Part shown: piece by piece, positions 12,669 to 24,455 of the stretch
Position numbering within the stretch: position 1 is the first letter of the stretch
How the letters are laid out: every line of letters starts with the position of its first letter
From: Chiloscyllium plagiosum
Lineage: Eukaryota
DNA length: 56,074 nt
Direction: 5' to 3'
Assembly: GCF_004010195.1 (NCBI RefSeq)
Contig: NC_057752.1
Span: forward strand, 3,838,726-3,894,799
Notes under the pieces: generated by a model
What the model was told of the DNA's origin: nothing
The model's database searches: none
The model's input: only the letters and a program-made list of their open reading frames with translations
Translations under genes and position numbers: made by a program

Positions 12669-14282
12669 GGTTTATAAACCAACTGTCAATCTAGATCGGT
12701 TTGTGCTTGAAAAATATAGATTCATGGCTCTTAAGTCAGACATCTTGATTGTTAAGAGTTTATCTCAAGATTTATGGAATGATGGGGTTTACGTGTCTGT
12801 GTTTATATATTTGTATGTGCACACTCATATATGTCTGCATTTCTATGTTCATAGGTATTTCTATGTACATATATATTTTAGTGTACATGTACATGTGTAA
12901 CTGAAATGGCTGTGTGTGCATACTTGTATGCCTGTATATTTGGAAAGGCGGCTACAGAGAGAGAGAAAAACATGTTTGTAGTGTTTTTAAATGCACCATT
13001 GTGTATCAAAACGGAGCGGGGGAAAGAACACACTATTAACTCAGATGTCATGACAAATCGCAATCTAATTCTTCAAATAATTGTCACTTGTAGCATAGAA
13101 CCAAATCTGTGAGAATGAAGGCAGGGGAAGAAAAATATTGTTTTCTTTTTACATTTAAAGTATCAGTGGTCCTTTATTTTCTAGCTAGGCTTGATTTGCT
13201 CACTGCAGTTATCCATTCAGACATGATGCGGATGAGTGCTGGCCTTTGACCCCTTAGACCTGAATTCAAATTCAGCCTTGACTGAAAGGATTAAATTATC
13301 TCTCACTGCTGGCTCTCATTGTACTATCTGAATTAAAGTCTCAATCCAGTTTCGACTGAGCAGAGGGTCAGAGTACCACCTTGTACGCTGGTTTAAATTG
13401 GTAAACTTAATCAAGCCGCAGAGGGCTGTTGTTTTTTTTTGCCGACAAACAGAACCTGTTAAATTGGTGCATTTGGGAACGTTGCTCATGAGAGATAGGA
13501 CTGAAGCATATTGTTGGACAGAGCAGAAAAATCTATGCACTGCATCCAGTTCCACCCAATCTGTAAATGCTTGATGCTGACACTGGAGGCTGGATTTCAA
13601 CTTTTCAATGCACTGACAGCAGCAGGGAGGGGGTTGGGGAGCAGCAGTGGGTGGAGGAGCCAGAAGTAAGGGTAACATATTTGATTGTGGCTTTTTCTTC
13701 AATCACAGTCACTGCATTAGTATCTGACTTCAGGACTTCCTGCACAATTAGCATGAGCGAGCCTGATAATGATCCACATAAGTCTATTTGAGCTCAAGTA
13801 TCGAAAGGGATCCTGCTAGGTTGAAAGATGAAGGATTGGCCAGGAGTTTCAACAGACCAAGAAACTGTGGCAATGGATTCACAATGTTACAAGGTAGCAC
13901 CTCGCTTCACTTACGCCTCCCTGCTTCAAGGGCCCACTTGGAAGTTCCATTCACTGCTAACAGGAGGAAGAAGCTTGCCATCGAGAACAAGGTGTCATGA
14001 TTGAAAAGGTTCAAATGGGAGTAGACAATGCAGGGAAGGTGAATGGCATGGCACATTCAACTATGCACGTCTAACTCCACCCCAGCCCTCACCATTCTAC
14101 CTTCACAAACTTAATCCATCTTGCTGATGTGACATCAGTTTCAGTTTCTTTAACTCTCAAACACACATTTCCCACTTAAACGTCAGTCTCTGTGGTGCAA
14201 TTAGTTAGGGTGTTTGGATAAATTGGCAATTTCAGAGCATGCAGGGCTGACATTGCTGCCAGCTCCATCTGTCAATGTGCAT

Positions 14283-14535
14283 TGGGTCTTGTGGTAGTGC
14301 TCCTACCTCTGGGCCAGAAGGTTCAGATCCACCTGCCCTGGGTGTGTATCATAAGATATCCAATCAGGTTGATGAGAATAATTATACCAGTAACAAGCAA
14401 TCAGTGTGGCCTGGATTTTGAGGACTCTTCTGATGCTGTGTTCATGTCTCCACCTGTGAGCCAGGAAGGCCTGGTTTCAAGCCCTGTCAGTTCCAAAGAT
14501 GTGTTGCAACATGTGTGAACAGGTTGTTTAAAAAC
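14283..14535 (+). mobile_element. Tandem pair of the short tRNA-derived SINE
   Basis: Two decayed copies ending CAGGTTGATGAGAA and AACAGGTTGTTTAAAA. Confidence 0.5.
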
Positions 14536-14599
14536 TTTCCACTCAAGAACCCTCAAGTGGAAAGTGTTCTCTTCGCCAGCTGGGGAAAAGGGATGTCTT

Positions 14600-15152
14600 C
14601 CTGCAATTGTACAGGGTCTTAGTGAGACCACGCCTGGAGTACTGTGCACAGCTCTGGTGTCCTTATCTGAGGAAGGATATTCTTGCTATAGCGAGAGTGC
14701 AGCGATAGTTTACCAGACTGATTCCTGGGACGGGAGGACTGACGTATGAGGAGAGGTTGACTTGGTTAGTATTACATTCCCTCAAGTTCAGAAGAATGTA
14801 GCATTCTAACAGGACGAGATACGATAAATGCAGAAAAGATGTTTCTGATGACCGGGGAGGCCAGAATCACAGGGTCACAGTCTAAGGAGACGGGGTAGGC
14901 CATTTAGGACTGAGATGAGGAGAAATGTCTTCACCCAGAGTGTAGTGAGCTTGTGAGTTCACTCCTGTAGAAAGCAGGCGAGGTCAAAACATTGTATCAT
15001 TTCAAGAAGGAGTTAAGTATCACACTTGGGGCTAAAGGGATCAAAGGATATGGGGGTACAGTGAGAAGGGATTATTGAGTGTGATGATCATAATGAGTAG
15101 TGGAGCAGGCTTGAAGGGCCGAATGACCAACTCCTCCTCCTATTTCCCATGT
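14600..15152 (+). mobile_element. CR1-type LINE 3' end (second subfamily)
   Basis: LVRPRLEYCAQLWCPYL motif, RRNVFTQSVVSL, and 3' UTR GAAGGGCCGAATGACCAACTCCT. Confidence 0.8.
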
Positions 15153-15272
15153 GTTTACAAAAAAAAAGCAAACAATGCTTTCAGAACCAAGGCTGCTGCA
15201 TAGTTCTGAGAAAGACAAGCTAACATGTACTTGATAGCTGTCAAGACAGTTCATTGAGAAATTCTCAGACTC

Positions 15273-15995
15273 GAGGTTGTAAGTTTGTTCGCTGAGCTGG
15301 AAGGTTTGCTCTCAGACGTTTCATCACCATGCTGGGTAACATCATCAGTGAGCCTCTGTTGAAGCACTGGTGTTCTGTCCTGCTTGCTACTTATGTGTCT
15401 TGGTCTGTTCGGGTGGGTGATCCCCACCCCAGTTTTTTCTCTCAGAAGTTGGTAAATGGGGTCCAAATCAATGTGTTTGTTGATGGAGTTCCGATTCGAA
15501 TATGTAAATGACACCTTTGTCATCACAAAACGGAACAAATTAGAAGAAACCCACAAACACATAAACAACATCCTTACTGGTATAAACTTCACCAAAGAGG
15601 AAGAGAACAACTAGCCACCAAAATACAAGACCCGCTTTCACTAGTATCCTTACACACAGATGACGATGGACACCACTTCGACTGGCACAGCACATCCACC
15701 CTGGGACAGGCTAAACAGAGACATGCACGGGAATTCCTAGAAGCCTGGCATTCAAACCAGTACTCCATCAACAAATGCATTGATTTGGACCCATTTACTA
15801 ACCTCTCAGAAAACAAACCGGACGTGATGTCACCCACCCTAACAGACAGGTAAATAGAAAACAGGACAGAACACCAGCACTTCACGGAGGCTCACTGATA
15901 ATGTTACCTAGCATGGTGACAAAATGTCTGAGAACAAACCCACCAGCTCAGCAAGCAAACTTACAACCTGAACTACAAATCTCCTCAAAAACCGC
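15273..15995 (+). mobile_element. Penelope-like element family B with inverted left arm and 12-bp TSD
   Basis: 15273-~15500 is the reverse complement of the 3' end at ~15750-15970. RT fragment YVNDTFVITKRNKLEETHKHINNILTGINFTKEE and GIY-YIG tail AREFLEAWHS. Direct repeat ATTCTCAGACTC at 15261-15272 and 15996-16007. Confidence 0.85.
15315..15348 (-). ncRNA. Minimal hammerhead ribozyme motif (core intact)
   Basis: ctca-CTGATGA-T-GTTACC-cagcat-GGTGAT-GAAAC-GTC-tgag: stem I ctca/tgag, stem II GTTACC/GGTGAT, palindromic stem III ACGT, GUC triplet. Confidence 0.75.
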
Positions 15996-16054
15996 ATTCT
16001 CAGACTCTTTTAATTCCTTCATACTATTAATATAAGGTGTCATGCTGATTTCTT

Positions 16055-16925
16055 CCTCAGCTTTGTGTCGTCTGCAAACTTGAAGATATAAGATTTAATT
16101 CCCTCATCTAAATCATTAATATATATCGTGAATAACTGGTATCTTCACATTGATCCCTGCAGCATCCCACTAGTCAATGCCTGACACTCAGAAAAAGACC
16201 CACTTATTCCTACTCTCTGTATCCTGTCTGCTAGCCACTCCTCTATCCATGTCAGCACATCACCCCCAATCCCATGCACTCTAATTTTCCACACTAATCT
16301 CCAATGTGGGATCTTAGCAAAAGCCTTCTGAAAGTCCAAGTATGCCGCATTCACTGGCTCCACCTATCAGCTCCACTCGTTACATCCTCGAGGAATTCCA
16401 GTCATCTGACAAGCATGATTTATTTCCCCTTTGTAAATCCAAGCTGACTCTGTCTGATCCTGTCACTGTTTTCCAGGTGTTCTGCTATTAAATCTTTTAC
16501 AATGGATGTCAGCATTTTTTCCACAATCATTGTCAGGTTAATCAGTCTACAACTGCCAGTTTTCTCTCCACACTTTGTTTTTGAAAAGTGGGGATACACC
16601 AGCAACCTTCCAATCCAAGAAACTGTTTCAGAATCTATGGAATATTGAAAGATGACCACCAATGTATCCACTATTTCTAGGGCCCCTTCCTTCAGTACTC
16701 TGCGATGTAAATTATCAGGCTCTGGGAATTATCAGCTTTCAATTCTATCAATTTCTCTAACACCTTTTCCCAACTAATACTGACTGCCTTCACTTCCTCT
16801 CTCTCTCACCAGACCCTGTGGCCCTGAATATTTTTTGGGATGTTATTTGTATTCTCCTTTGTGAAGATAGGGCCAAAATATGTATTTAATTGGTATCTCT
16901 TTGTTCCCCATTCTAACTTCCCTAT
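16055..16925 (-). mobile_element. CR1-type LINE internal RT fragment
   Basis: AYLDFQKAFAKIPH (ORF 16145..16363), SQLGFTKGK, and KFADD near 16065-16080 on minus. Confidence 0.85.
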
Positions 16926-19009
16926 TTAATTGTGAACAAAGTTTTAATGTGCTCATTACCATTGGAAAGAGGCATATTCTCCTGTCTGGGGTTGTACTGC
17001 GTGACTACACTTAGCCACCTTAATTGAAATATGTGGATGTTTTTCCTCCTTCATTTCGTTGTTCATAATATACATGAATTTTCAGAACATGTTTCTAAAA
17101 TAAACACTTAAGAAAATAATATTCTACAATGATTTCTCTGTAATTAACTCGGTGGGCTCGCTCCATGTTTACAGCAGAGTGCTTTTGATCGAAACATACT
17201 CCGTTATTAACTGATGAACTGTTTGGCAAAAGCACTTGAGCTAAATATTTCTTTGTATATAATGTCAACCTCCACCAGAAAAAGGGAATGCACGTGGATT
17301 GTTGGTGTATTGCATCAGTTGTAGTGTTTATACAGTGCTGTCATTTTCTTTCATACAGTAAACATAGACTAGTCACAGGAATACTTAGAGTTGTGGAAAG
17401 GGGAGCGGAGATGAAAGTTTGAAGGGTAAATTAAAGAACGTATTGGTCTTGAAGGGAGTGCAGTCCGACCTACCAGGTTGATACCTGGATTCAAACACTT
17501 AAAATACATGGAGTGATTATACAAACCCGAGTTACACTCCTAAAATTTAGAAGACGAGAAAGTGATTTGATTGAGTTGTCAAGACATTAACAGGATCAAA
17601 TAAGATAGATACAAAGGATGCAACCTTCCCCTCACTGAAGATAGCGAAAAGGGGAAATAATTAAGCGATTTGACTGTGAAGAGATCCTTGCCACCTTACC
17701 AACTGTTTGCTGTGCAGAGATATCTGTACGGGGGCTTTCCTTTTTTTCAAACCTTCAACCAGAGGTAGTGACACTGTCATTGAGCCACAAAACCAGTTAA
17801 TTGGTTTTCTTGACTCAGCAGCAATTAAGGCCTTTAAATGTCCAATTAAACTCACCACCTCCCCGTTTTCCTGCCTTCCTTGGCAGGTGAGCAAAGTGGC
17901 TTGTTTCCAACTGGGTAACCAGGGCAACCTGCCTGCCAGGCTGGATAGGGGCCTTCATTTGCCCCAATCTGGGAGCAATTGGAGTTGCAGATGGGGACAA
18001 GGGGATAGGCCATGCTTCTGTTCCCTTAACCTCCCTTCTCCCCATTTGAAGCAAAAGGAAGAGACCAACCTTCATGCCATTGGATCCCCTGAAGAGTAGG
18101 CCTTGACCATGCTCTTTAGGATCTAGATGCTGCTGACATCTGATTGGCCGTTAGCCTCTGTTGAGCTGGGATGCCACGGCTAAGGCTTGCATTAGGTCGA
18201 AAGCTCACTGGTCAGCTGTTAACAAGCTGATTGCCTTACAATGTATTGGGATTTTGACACAGAACAAGTCTGCCCCACATCTAATCTGAAAAAGGAATAG
18301 TTGCATCCAGGAAAACTATTGTAGCTGGTTGGGGTGTCTAGGACCAGAAGCCAGAGTGTATAAAGCCAGGTCTTTCAGGAGTGAAATTAGGAGACAAATC
18401 TACTCATAAAAGATGGATTTTCTTTCCTCAAAAGTAAATTGATTAATTGTTCATTTTAAAATTGAGACTGAAGATTTTTGTTAACCATATTGAATGACAT
18501 GGGGCGACCGTGTATATCTCACGAAATGGCAGAACAAAATATTTTCTTATCACCCTGGTCATGTAAATGACTGAACAAACTAAAGAAATGAAATGGTCTG
18601 TTTTGATTTTCTTGCGTAATGGGTTTAATCACACTGGGTTGAGAGATACTCCATTCACTAAACGTGAAGACAATGGAAACCGTCTTCTGATTAGTATGGC
18701 AAGCAACATGTAAATTGCTTTGAAATTTATTGAGTCCACTATTTTATTAGAAGTATGAAATAGAAGAAATCTTCAGAAAGGCATTTGCGCTGCTCATGAT
18801 GAACAGTTAATTGATCCCGGGGTCCTGGAAAGTTTTTACATTCTCACGTGGATTGGCAAATTCGAACTAAAATGTTGTGAGTCTATCTCTACAAGCATTG
18901 AAACACAGAATCATCCCCCCCCCCAACCAAAAGGAAGTGTTTATCCAGAATTTTATTATATTGGGGCTCAGTGCTATCCACTCTGTTCAGTCAAACATTG
19001 AAAGACAGA

Positions 19010-19307
19010 AGCATAGAATCCCTACAGTGTGGAAGCAGGCTATTCAGCCCATTGAGTCCACACCAACCCTCCATAGAGCATCCCACCCAGACCTACCCCG
19101 TAATCTTGCATTTCCTGCACATCCGTGACACTATGGACAATTTAGCATGGCCAAGCCAACATGGGAAGAAACCGAAGCACCTGGAGGAAACTCAAACAGA
19201 CACAGAGAGAATGTGCAAACTCCACGCAGAGAGCTGCCCGAGGCTGGAATCGAACCAGAGTCCTTGGTGCTGTGAGGTAGCAGTGCTAACCACTGAGCCA
19301 CCGTGCC
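19010..19307 (-). mobile_element. HE1/V-SINE
   Basis: Minus strand GGCACGGTGGCTCAGTGGTTAGCACTGCTACCTCACAGC...GTGGAGTTTGCACATTCTC, i.e. tRNA head plus V-domain. Confidence 0.85.
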
Positions 19308-19540
19308 AAGAGGAGTGTGACTGTATCATCAAGAATGGAGATTAAAAACCGCTATCCACCCATAGTAAATTAACTATAAAGAATATCTTAAAACCATGTA
19401 CAGTAGCTTGACTGTTTTTTGTTTAGTCGAGTGTTTTTTAAACCCAGATTGCATACGATTTCACCCATATCAATAATTCTGGAACAACAGGGCCCAATAG
19501 AATGAATGCTCCATCTCCACCAACTATGCATAAAGAGTTT

Positions 19541-20203
19541 TGAGAAGGTTTGTAGCTCAGGTTGAGGTTCTGGATGTAGGTTTGCTTGCTGAGCTGGAAG
19601 ATTCATTTTCACACGTTTTGGCATCATACTAGGTAACATCTTCAGCCCACAAGCCCACCATCAGCTAACACCCACACAGCAGCTCGTGAATTTGAAAGAC
19701 CCTATACAGACAACAAGCAAAACTAATGCCATTTACAAAATACCGTGCAAGAACTGTAACAAACATTGGAAAAACAGGCAGAAAACTAGCCACCAGGATA
19801 CATGAACACCAACTAGCCACAAAACGACATGACCCACTCTCACTAGTCTCCTTACCTACAGTTGAGGAAGGACACCACTTCGACTGGGACAACACATCCA
19901 TCCTAGGACAAGCCAAACAGAGACTCGCACGAGAATTCATAGAAGCATGGCATTCCAACCGGAACATACTCAACAAACAGATTGACCTGGACCCGATTTA
20001 CCACCCCCTAAGAAAAAGAACAGGAAATGACATCACCACAGGAAACAACATCACAAACCCAAAGAAACCCAAACATATAAATAGAAAGCAGGAATCATCA
20101 GCAGTGCTTCATCCGGAGGCTCACTGAAGATGTTACCCTAGTACGGTGACGAAATGTCTGGAAATGAACCTTCCAACTTAGCGAGCAAACCTACAACCTG
20201 TAT
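19541..20203 (+). mobile_element. Penelope-like element family B (GIY-YIG) with short inverted arm and 11-bp TSD
   Basis: NAIYKIPCKNCNKH then (frameshift) IGKTGRKLATRIHEHQLATKRHD...AREFIEAWHS. 19541-19646 is an inverted 3' end. ATAAAGAGTTT at 19530-19540 and 20204-20214. Confidence 0.85.
20124..20158 (+). ncRNA. Minimal hammerhead ribozyme motif (near intact)
   Basis: tca-CTGAAGA-T-GTTACC-ctagtac-GGTGAC-GAAAT-GTC-tgg. Confidence 0.65.
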
Positions 20204-21556
20204 ATAAAGAGTTTGGATAATCTCAACCCAGCTCTTGCTGCATACAAATTCAAAGCACAAAACTGTCTATAGCCCCATATTAAATAACAATGCAATATTT
20301 CATTCCTTCTGTGAGCACACTGGTTATTAGGAGCAACTTCCCACATGTACTGCAGTGCATCCAAATAATTTAATCCGAAACATAATGTTAAACTATTTAA
20401 AACGATGCAGTAAAATGACAAACAAATACTGCAAAGGAAGTGAAAATACCCTTCGCTCATAGAGAATATGTTGAATGAGACTGTTTTCCCATCCTTGGTC
20501 TTTACATATATCTTGCATTCCCACCTTTACAATCTGTGTTTTCACTGACATAAACTCAGAAAGTTTGACTCAGCACCCAGTTCAAACCAAACTGCAAGAA
20601 TTCTACTGAGTTACTTATTCTACAGCCAATCACCCACTGCCAATAGTCAGAGGTGGTTGGCAAAATGTAGCTGATTGGTTTGTGCATTTGTGACCAGTCA
20701 TGGATGATACAGTGAGAAGTCTTTGAATTGTTGAAAGGGCAGGTGGTCTCTCTCTCTCTCTCTCCCCCTGTTAATCACCTATTACCAATAATTACCAATT
20801 GTCAGAGTAGTAAACACCTATCGCTTTCCAATCTTGCAAAAGCAGGCAAGTCTCCCTGAGCTGACTGTCTCTGAAAATAACTATTGTTGCTGTGCAGAGA
20901 AAGCATTTTTTTTAACATTATCATCTTGAGGTAGATCTGATGCTCAGGTATCCTTTGTCAGTCCATAGTATGAATGGTTGTGCTGCATGAAAGTGTTAGG
21001 TTCACTCGTGAATTTCCAATGGAGCTAGCTAGCATTACTCAGTTACTTTTCCCACCCCAACACCTTCAGTCATTATTCACAAGTAACGCATCATATTTGG
21101 AGAGAAGCTTTATTTACAGAGAGATTCATTTTGACCAATGCCACCTCTTTCTTGAGATGTGAGCCTCTTAGTGGTGAGGTCGTTGTTTCAATGTTTCAGC
21201 AATAGTAAATCCTACCAATTAAACCACCCTCAAATGAGAGCTGACAGATGTTATGAGAAACAATGGCATGGGAGGTTTTCCCTGCATTCAAGATTAAAAT
21301 GACTTCAGCCAAAGAGTGTCAATCAGGACCTATCCAATAGCAAAACAGAGGTGACTTAATTTGAAGGCTTTACACTGCTGAAGAGCTGGCATTAATGAAT
21401 CACTGTTGGCTTGAGCCGAAATCAAGATGCCTGCCTATTATCTAAACTTTCAGTTATTAAGCATGATTTGGAGATGCCGGTGTTGGACAGGGGTGTATAA
21501 AGTTAAAAATCACACAACACCAGGTTATAGTCCAACAGGTTTACTTGGAAGCACAC

Positions 21557-21586
21557 TAGCTTTTCGGAGTGACGCTCCTTCATCAG
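21557..21586 (-). ncRNA. Hammerhead motif, family C (one extra A after GAAA)
   Basis: cac-CTGATGA-A-GGAG-cgtca-CTCC-GAAAAG-CTA-gtg. Confidence 0.55.
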
Positions 21587-21612
21587 GTGATAGTGGAGGG
21601 CTCCACAATCAC

Positions 21613-21641
21613 CTGATGAAGAAGTGACACTCCGAAAGCTA
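21613..21641 (+). ncRNA. Hammerhead motif, family C (CUA triplet)
   Basis: cac-CTGATGA-A-GAAG-tgaca-CTCC-GAAAG-CTA-gtg: stem I cac/gtg, palindromic stem III AGCT, one stem II mismatch. Confidence 0.6.
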
Positions 21642-21771
21642 GTGTGCTTCCAATTAAACCTGTTGGACTATAACCTGGTGTTGTGTGATTTTTAACTTCA
21701 GTTATTAAGACATAGCAGGAAATCCTAACAGTACAGAGGCATCAACTATGTCACTGGCTGCTGAGAATCCT

Positions 21772-22212
21772 ATTCTGGATCAGTGGTGCTGGAAGAGCAC
21801 AGCAGTTCAGGCAGCATCAAAGGAGCTTTGAAATCGACGTTTCGGGCAAAAGCCCTTCATCAGGAATAAAGGCAGTGAGCCTGAAGCGTGGAGAGATAAG
21901 CTAGAGGAGGGTGGGGGTGGGGAGAAAGTAGCATAGAGTACAATGGGTGAGTGGGGGAGGAGATGAAGGGGATAGGTCAGGAAGGAGAGGGCAGAGTGGA
22001 TAGGTGGAAAAGGAGCTAGGCAGGTAGGACAAGTCTGGACAAGTCTGGACAAGTCATGGGGACAGTGCTGAGCTGGAAGTTTAGAACTAGGGTGAGGTGG
22101 GGGAAGGGGAAATGAGGAAACTGTTGAAGTCCACATTGATGCCCTGGGGTTGAAGTGTTCCGAGGTGGAAGATGAGGCGTTCTTCCTCCAGGTGTCTGGC
22201 GGTGAAGGAGGC
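21772..22212 (-). mobile_element. Penelope-like element family A 3' fragment
   Basis: Minus frame RHLEEERLIFHLGTLQPQGINVDFNSFLISP. Same layout as 1-490. Confidence 0.8.
21836..21863 (-). ncRNA. Minimal hammerhead ribozyme motif (best-preserved family A copy)
   Basis: CTGATGA-A-GGGC-tttt-GCCC-GAAAC-GTC: perfect core and perfect 4-bp stem II. Confidence 0.75.
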
Positions 22213-22635
22213 CACTTCATATAAAATAAATTGTTAAATCATGTAGAGATGGAGTAAAAAGTTAATTGATTAACTCAAGATGTATTTAGAGCTATCTTGC
22301 ACTACTGAAGACATTTCTAGTACAGTACTTTTCTTTACTAATCCCAACATTAAACCTTTTGACTATCTTTTGGTCCTCTTTAAAGATGATCCTTAAAATA
22401 TATCTCTGTTTTTGGTCACCGATCTCAATAGCTCCAGTTATGGCTCGGTGTCAAATTTTGCCTGGCAATCGCTTCCACAAAGCGCTTGGGACTTTTCCTA
22501 TGTTAAAGGCATTCTAGAAATAAAGGTTGTTGTAATACATGAACGTCAAAAAGCAGAAGCTGACAAAAATTTCAAAACAAACTGTTCCGACCCATTCAGA
22601 AAATTGCACTAATTCTCAAGGCCCACTATTCCTGG

Positions 22636-23100
22636 AGTCATAGAGTCATAGTCATAGAGATGTATAGGATGTATAGCATGGAAACAGACCCTTCGGTCCA
22701 ACCATGCCGACCAGATATCCCAACCCCATCTAGTCCCATCTGCCAGCACCCGGCCCATAGCCCTCCAAACCCTTCCTATTCATATACCCATCCAGATGCC
22801 TCTTAATGTTGCAATTGTACCAGCCTCCACCACATCCTCTGGCAGCTCATTCCATACATGTACCACCCTCTGCGTGAAAAGGTCTCTTTCATATCTTTCC
22901 CCTCTCACACTAAACCTATGCCTAAATCTAGTTCTGGACTCCCCGAACCCAGGGAAAAGACTTTGTCTATTTATCCTATCCATGCCCCTCATAATTTTAT
23001 AAACCTCTATAAGGTCACCCCTCAGCCTCTGACGCTCCAGAGAAAACAGCCCCAGCCTGTTCAGCCTCTCCCTGTAGCTCAAATCCTCCAACCCTGGCAA
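22636..23100 (-). mobile_element. CR1-type LINE 3' end
   Basis: ORF 22780..23100(-) LPGLEDLSYRERLNRLGLFSLE...WNELPEDVV, with ACTCTATG-type tail. Confidence 0.9.
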
Positions 23101-23349
23101 AGTTGATCATTTCATCAAAGTGCAGCTATGATCGCTCAACAAATGGCTCTACTAAATCAAACTCTAAACCCCTTTTACAATCACTCATACAGATTGTAAT
23201 AAACTCAGGAAGTCCAATCAAAAAGAACATCATTTATTGTTGAACATCAAAATAGAGCTTCCACTCACGGTGTATATAGGCGAGACCCAGCCTGGGACAA
23301 ACAGATCTGTCGATCCATTCCTGGGTCTGCTTTATTTTCTTAATGTTTT

Positions 23350-23690
23350 AAGTTCGCTCACAGAATGTGGGCATCTCCTGGCCTGTCCAACATTTATTCC
23401 CTATCCCTAATTGGTTAAGAGTCAACCCCATGGCTGTGGATCTGGAGTCACATGTAGGCCAGACCAAGTCAGGATGGCAGATTCCTTCCCTAAGGGACAT
23501 TAATGAACCAAATTAGGTTTTCTGACAATTGGCAATGGGATTCTTGGTCATCATTCGACCCTTAATTCCAAATTCTGTATCGAATTCAAGTTCCACCATA
23601 TCTGCTGTGGTAGAATTTGAACTCAGATCCCCAGAATATTTCCTGGGTCTCTGGACTAATAGTCCCATGATAATACCTCGAGGCAATTAC
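23350..23690 (-). mobile_element. tRNA-derived SINE with CR1-like tail
   Basis: Reverse complement of the family seen at 52710-53035. Confidence 0.7.
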
Positions 23691-23907
23691 CTCCTTTTAT
23701 ACCCAGAAGTACTCTTACACACAATTAAAAGTTTATTTTTTCCCCATCACCAAATCACCCATGGGTTTTTATTTCTATTAACCACCAGTGATAAATCACC
23801 CATCTTTCCAATTAAATAATTTACATACAAAGCCCATGAGGACAAACCTCCAAATGTGAGGGAGATGTAGGCGGAGCAGGAAGGGGCTCCTGGGCCTGCT
23901 TTATGGA

Positions 23908-24455
23908 TAGTTTCTAATCAGCCTGTTCAAAGAAGTCTATATGTCTATTACACACCTCTGGAGTTGGCAGGACTGGAACCTGGGTCTCCTGGCTCAGAGG
24001 TATATCTAAAACTCATCGTGAGTTCCCACTTCATGCGATTTGACAATGTGCTCCTTGGGCAAGTCAGACAGACTGTTTTAAATCAACCTGTTTGGAGCTG
24101 TTATTGCACACCTGTGCAGCAGGCAGGACTTGAACCTGGGCCTCCCGACTCAGAGGTAGACATTACCATTACAGCAAAATAGTCCTTTGGAAAAATGCGA
24201 CGTATTAAAGTTGCGGTTAGAAGCCAGCAGAATTGGCCAGTATCGAGATTGAACGTCTTAACATTGGTGTTATGAGCACCACGCCACTACCATCTGAGCT
24301 ATCTAGCCAATGGGCTGCCTGCTAATGGAGTTTGCTTTCCACTATATTTTCTAATCAACCTCTTCAGAGATACCATTACATTCCTCTGGAGCAAGTGGCA
24401 CTTAAACCCAGGTCTGCTGGCCAAGAGATTATTACCACTGGATCACAAGATTCTC
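23908..24455 (-). mobile_element. Cluster of three short tRNA-derived SINE copies (~23908-24000, 24075-24185, 24345-24455)
   Basis: Repeated TAATCA(A/G)CCT...CTCTGGAG/CTGTGCAG...ACT(T/G)(G/A)AACC motifs. Confidence 0.6.
24234..24308 (-). pseudogene. tRNA-Ile(AAU)-like relic with CAT at the anticodon position
   Basis: GGCTAGATAGCTCAGATGGTAGTGGCGTGGTGCTCATAACACCAATGTTAAGACGTTCAATCTCGATACTGGCCA aligns end to end with vertebrate tRNA-Ile(AAU) as I recall it. The T arm is decayed. Confidence 0.65.

Larger units (their letters stand above)
21462..21696. mobile_element. Palindromic non-autonomous mini-element (family C) with two opposed hammerhead motifs and 13-bp TSD
   Basis: About 21499-21591 and 21608-21698 are near-perfect inverted repeats. 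TTCAGTTATTAAG at 21449-21461 and 21697-21709. Confidence 0.8.

Noticed and set aside
13788..14040. Possible Myb/SANT Harbinger ORF remnant (RKKLA motif)
   Set aside because: Too degenerate to support a call.
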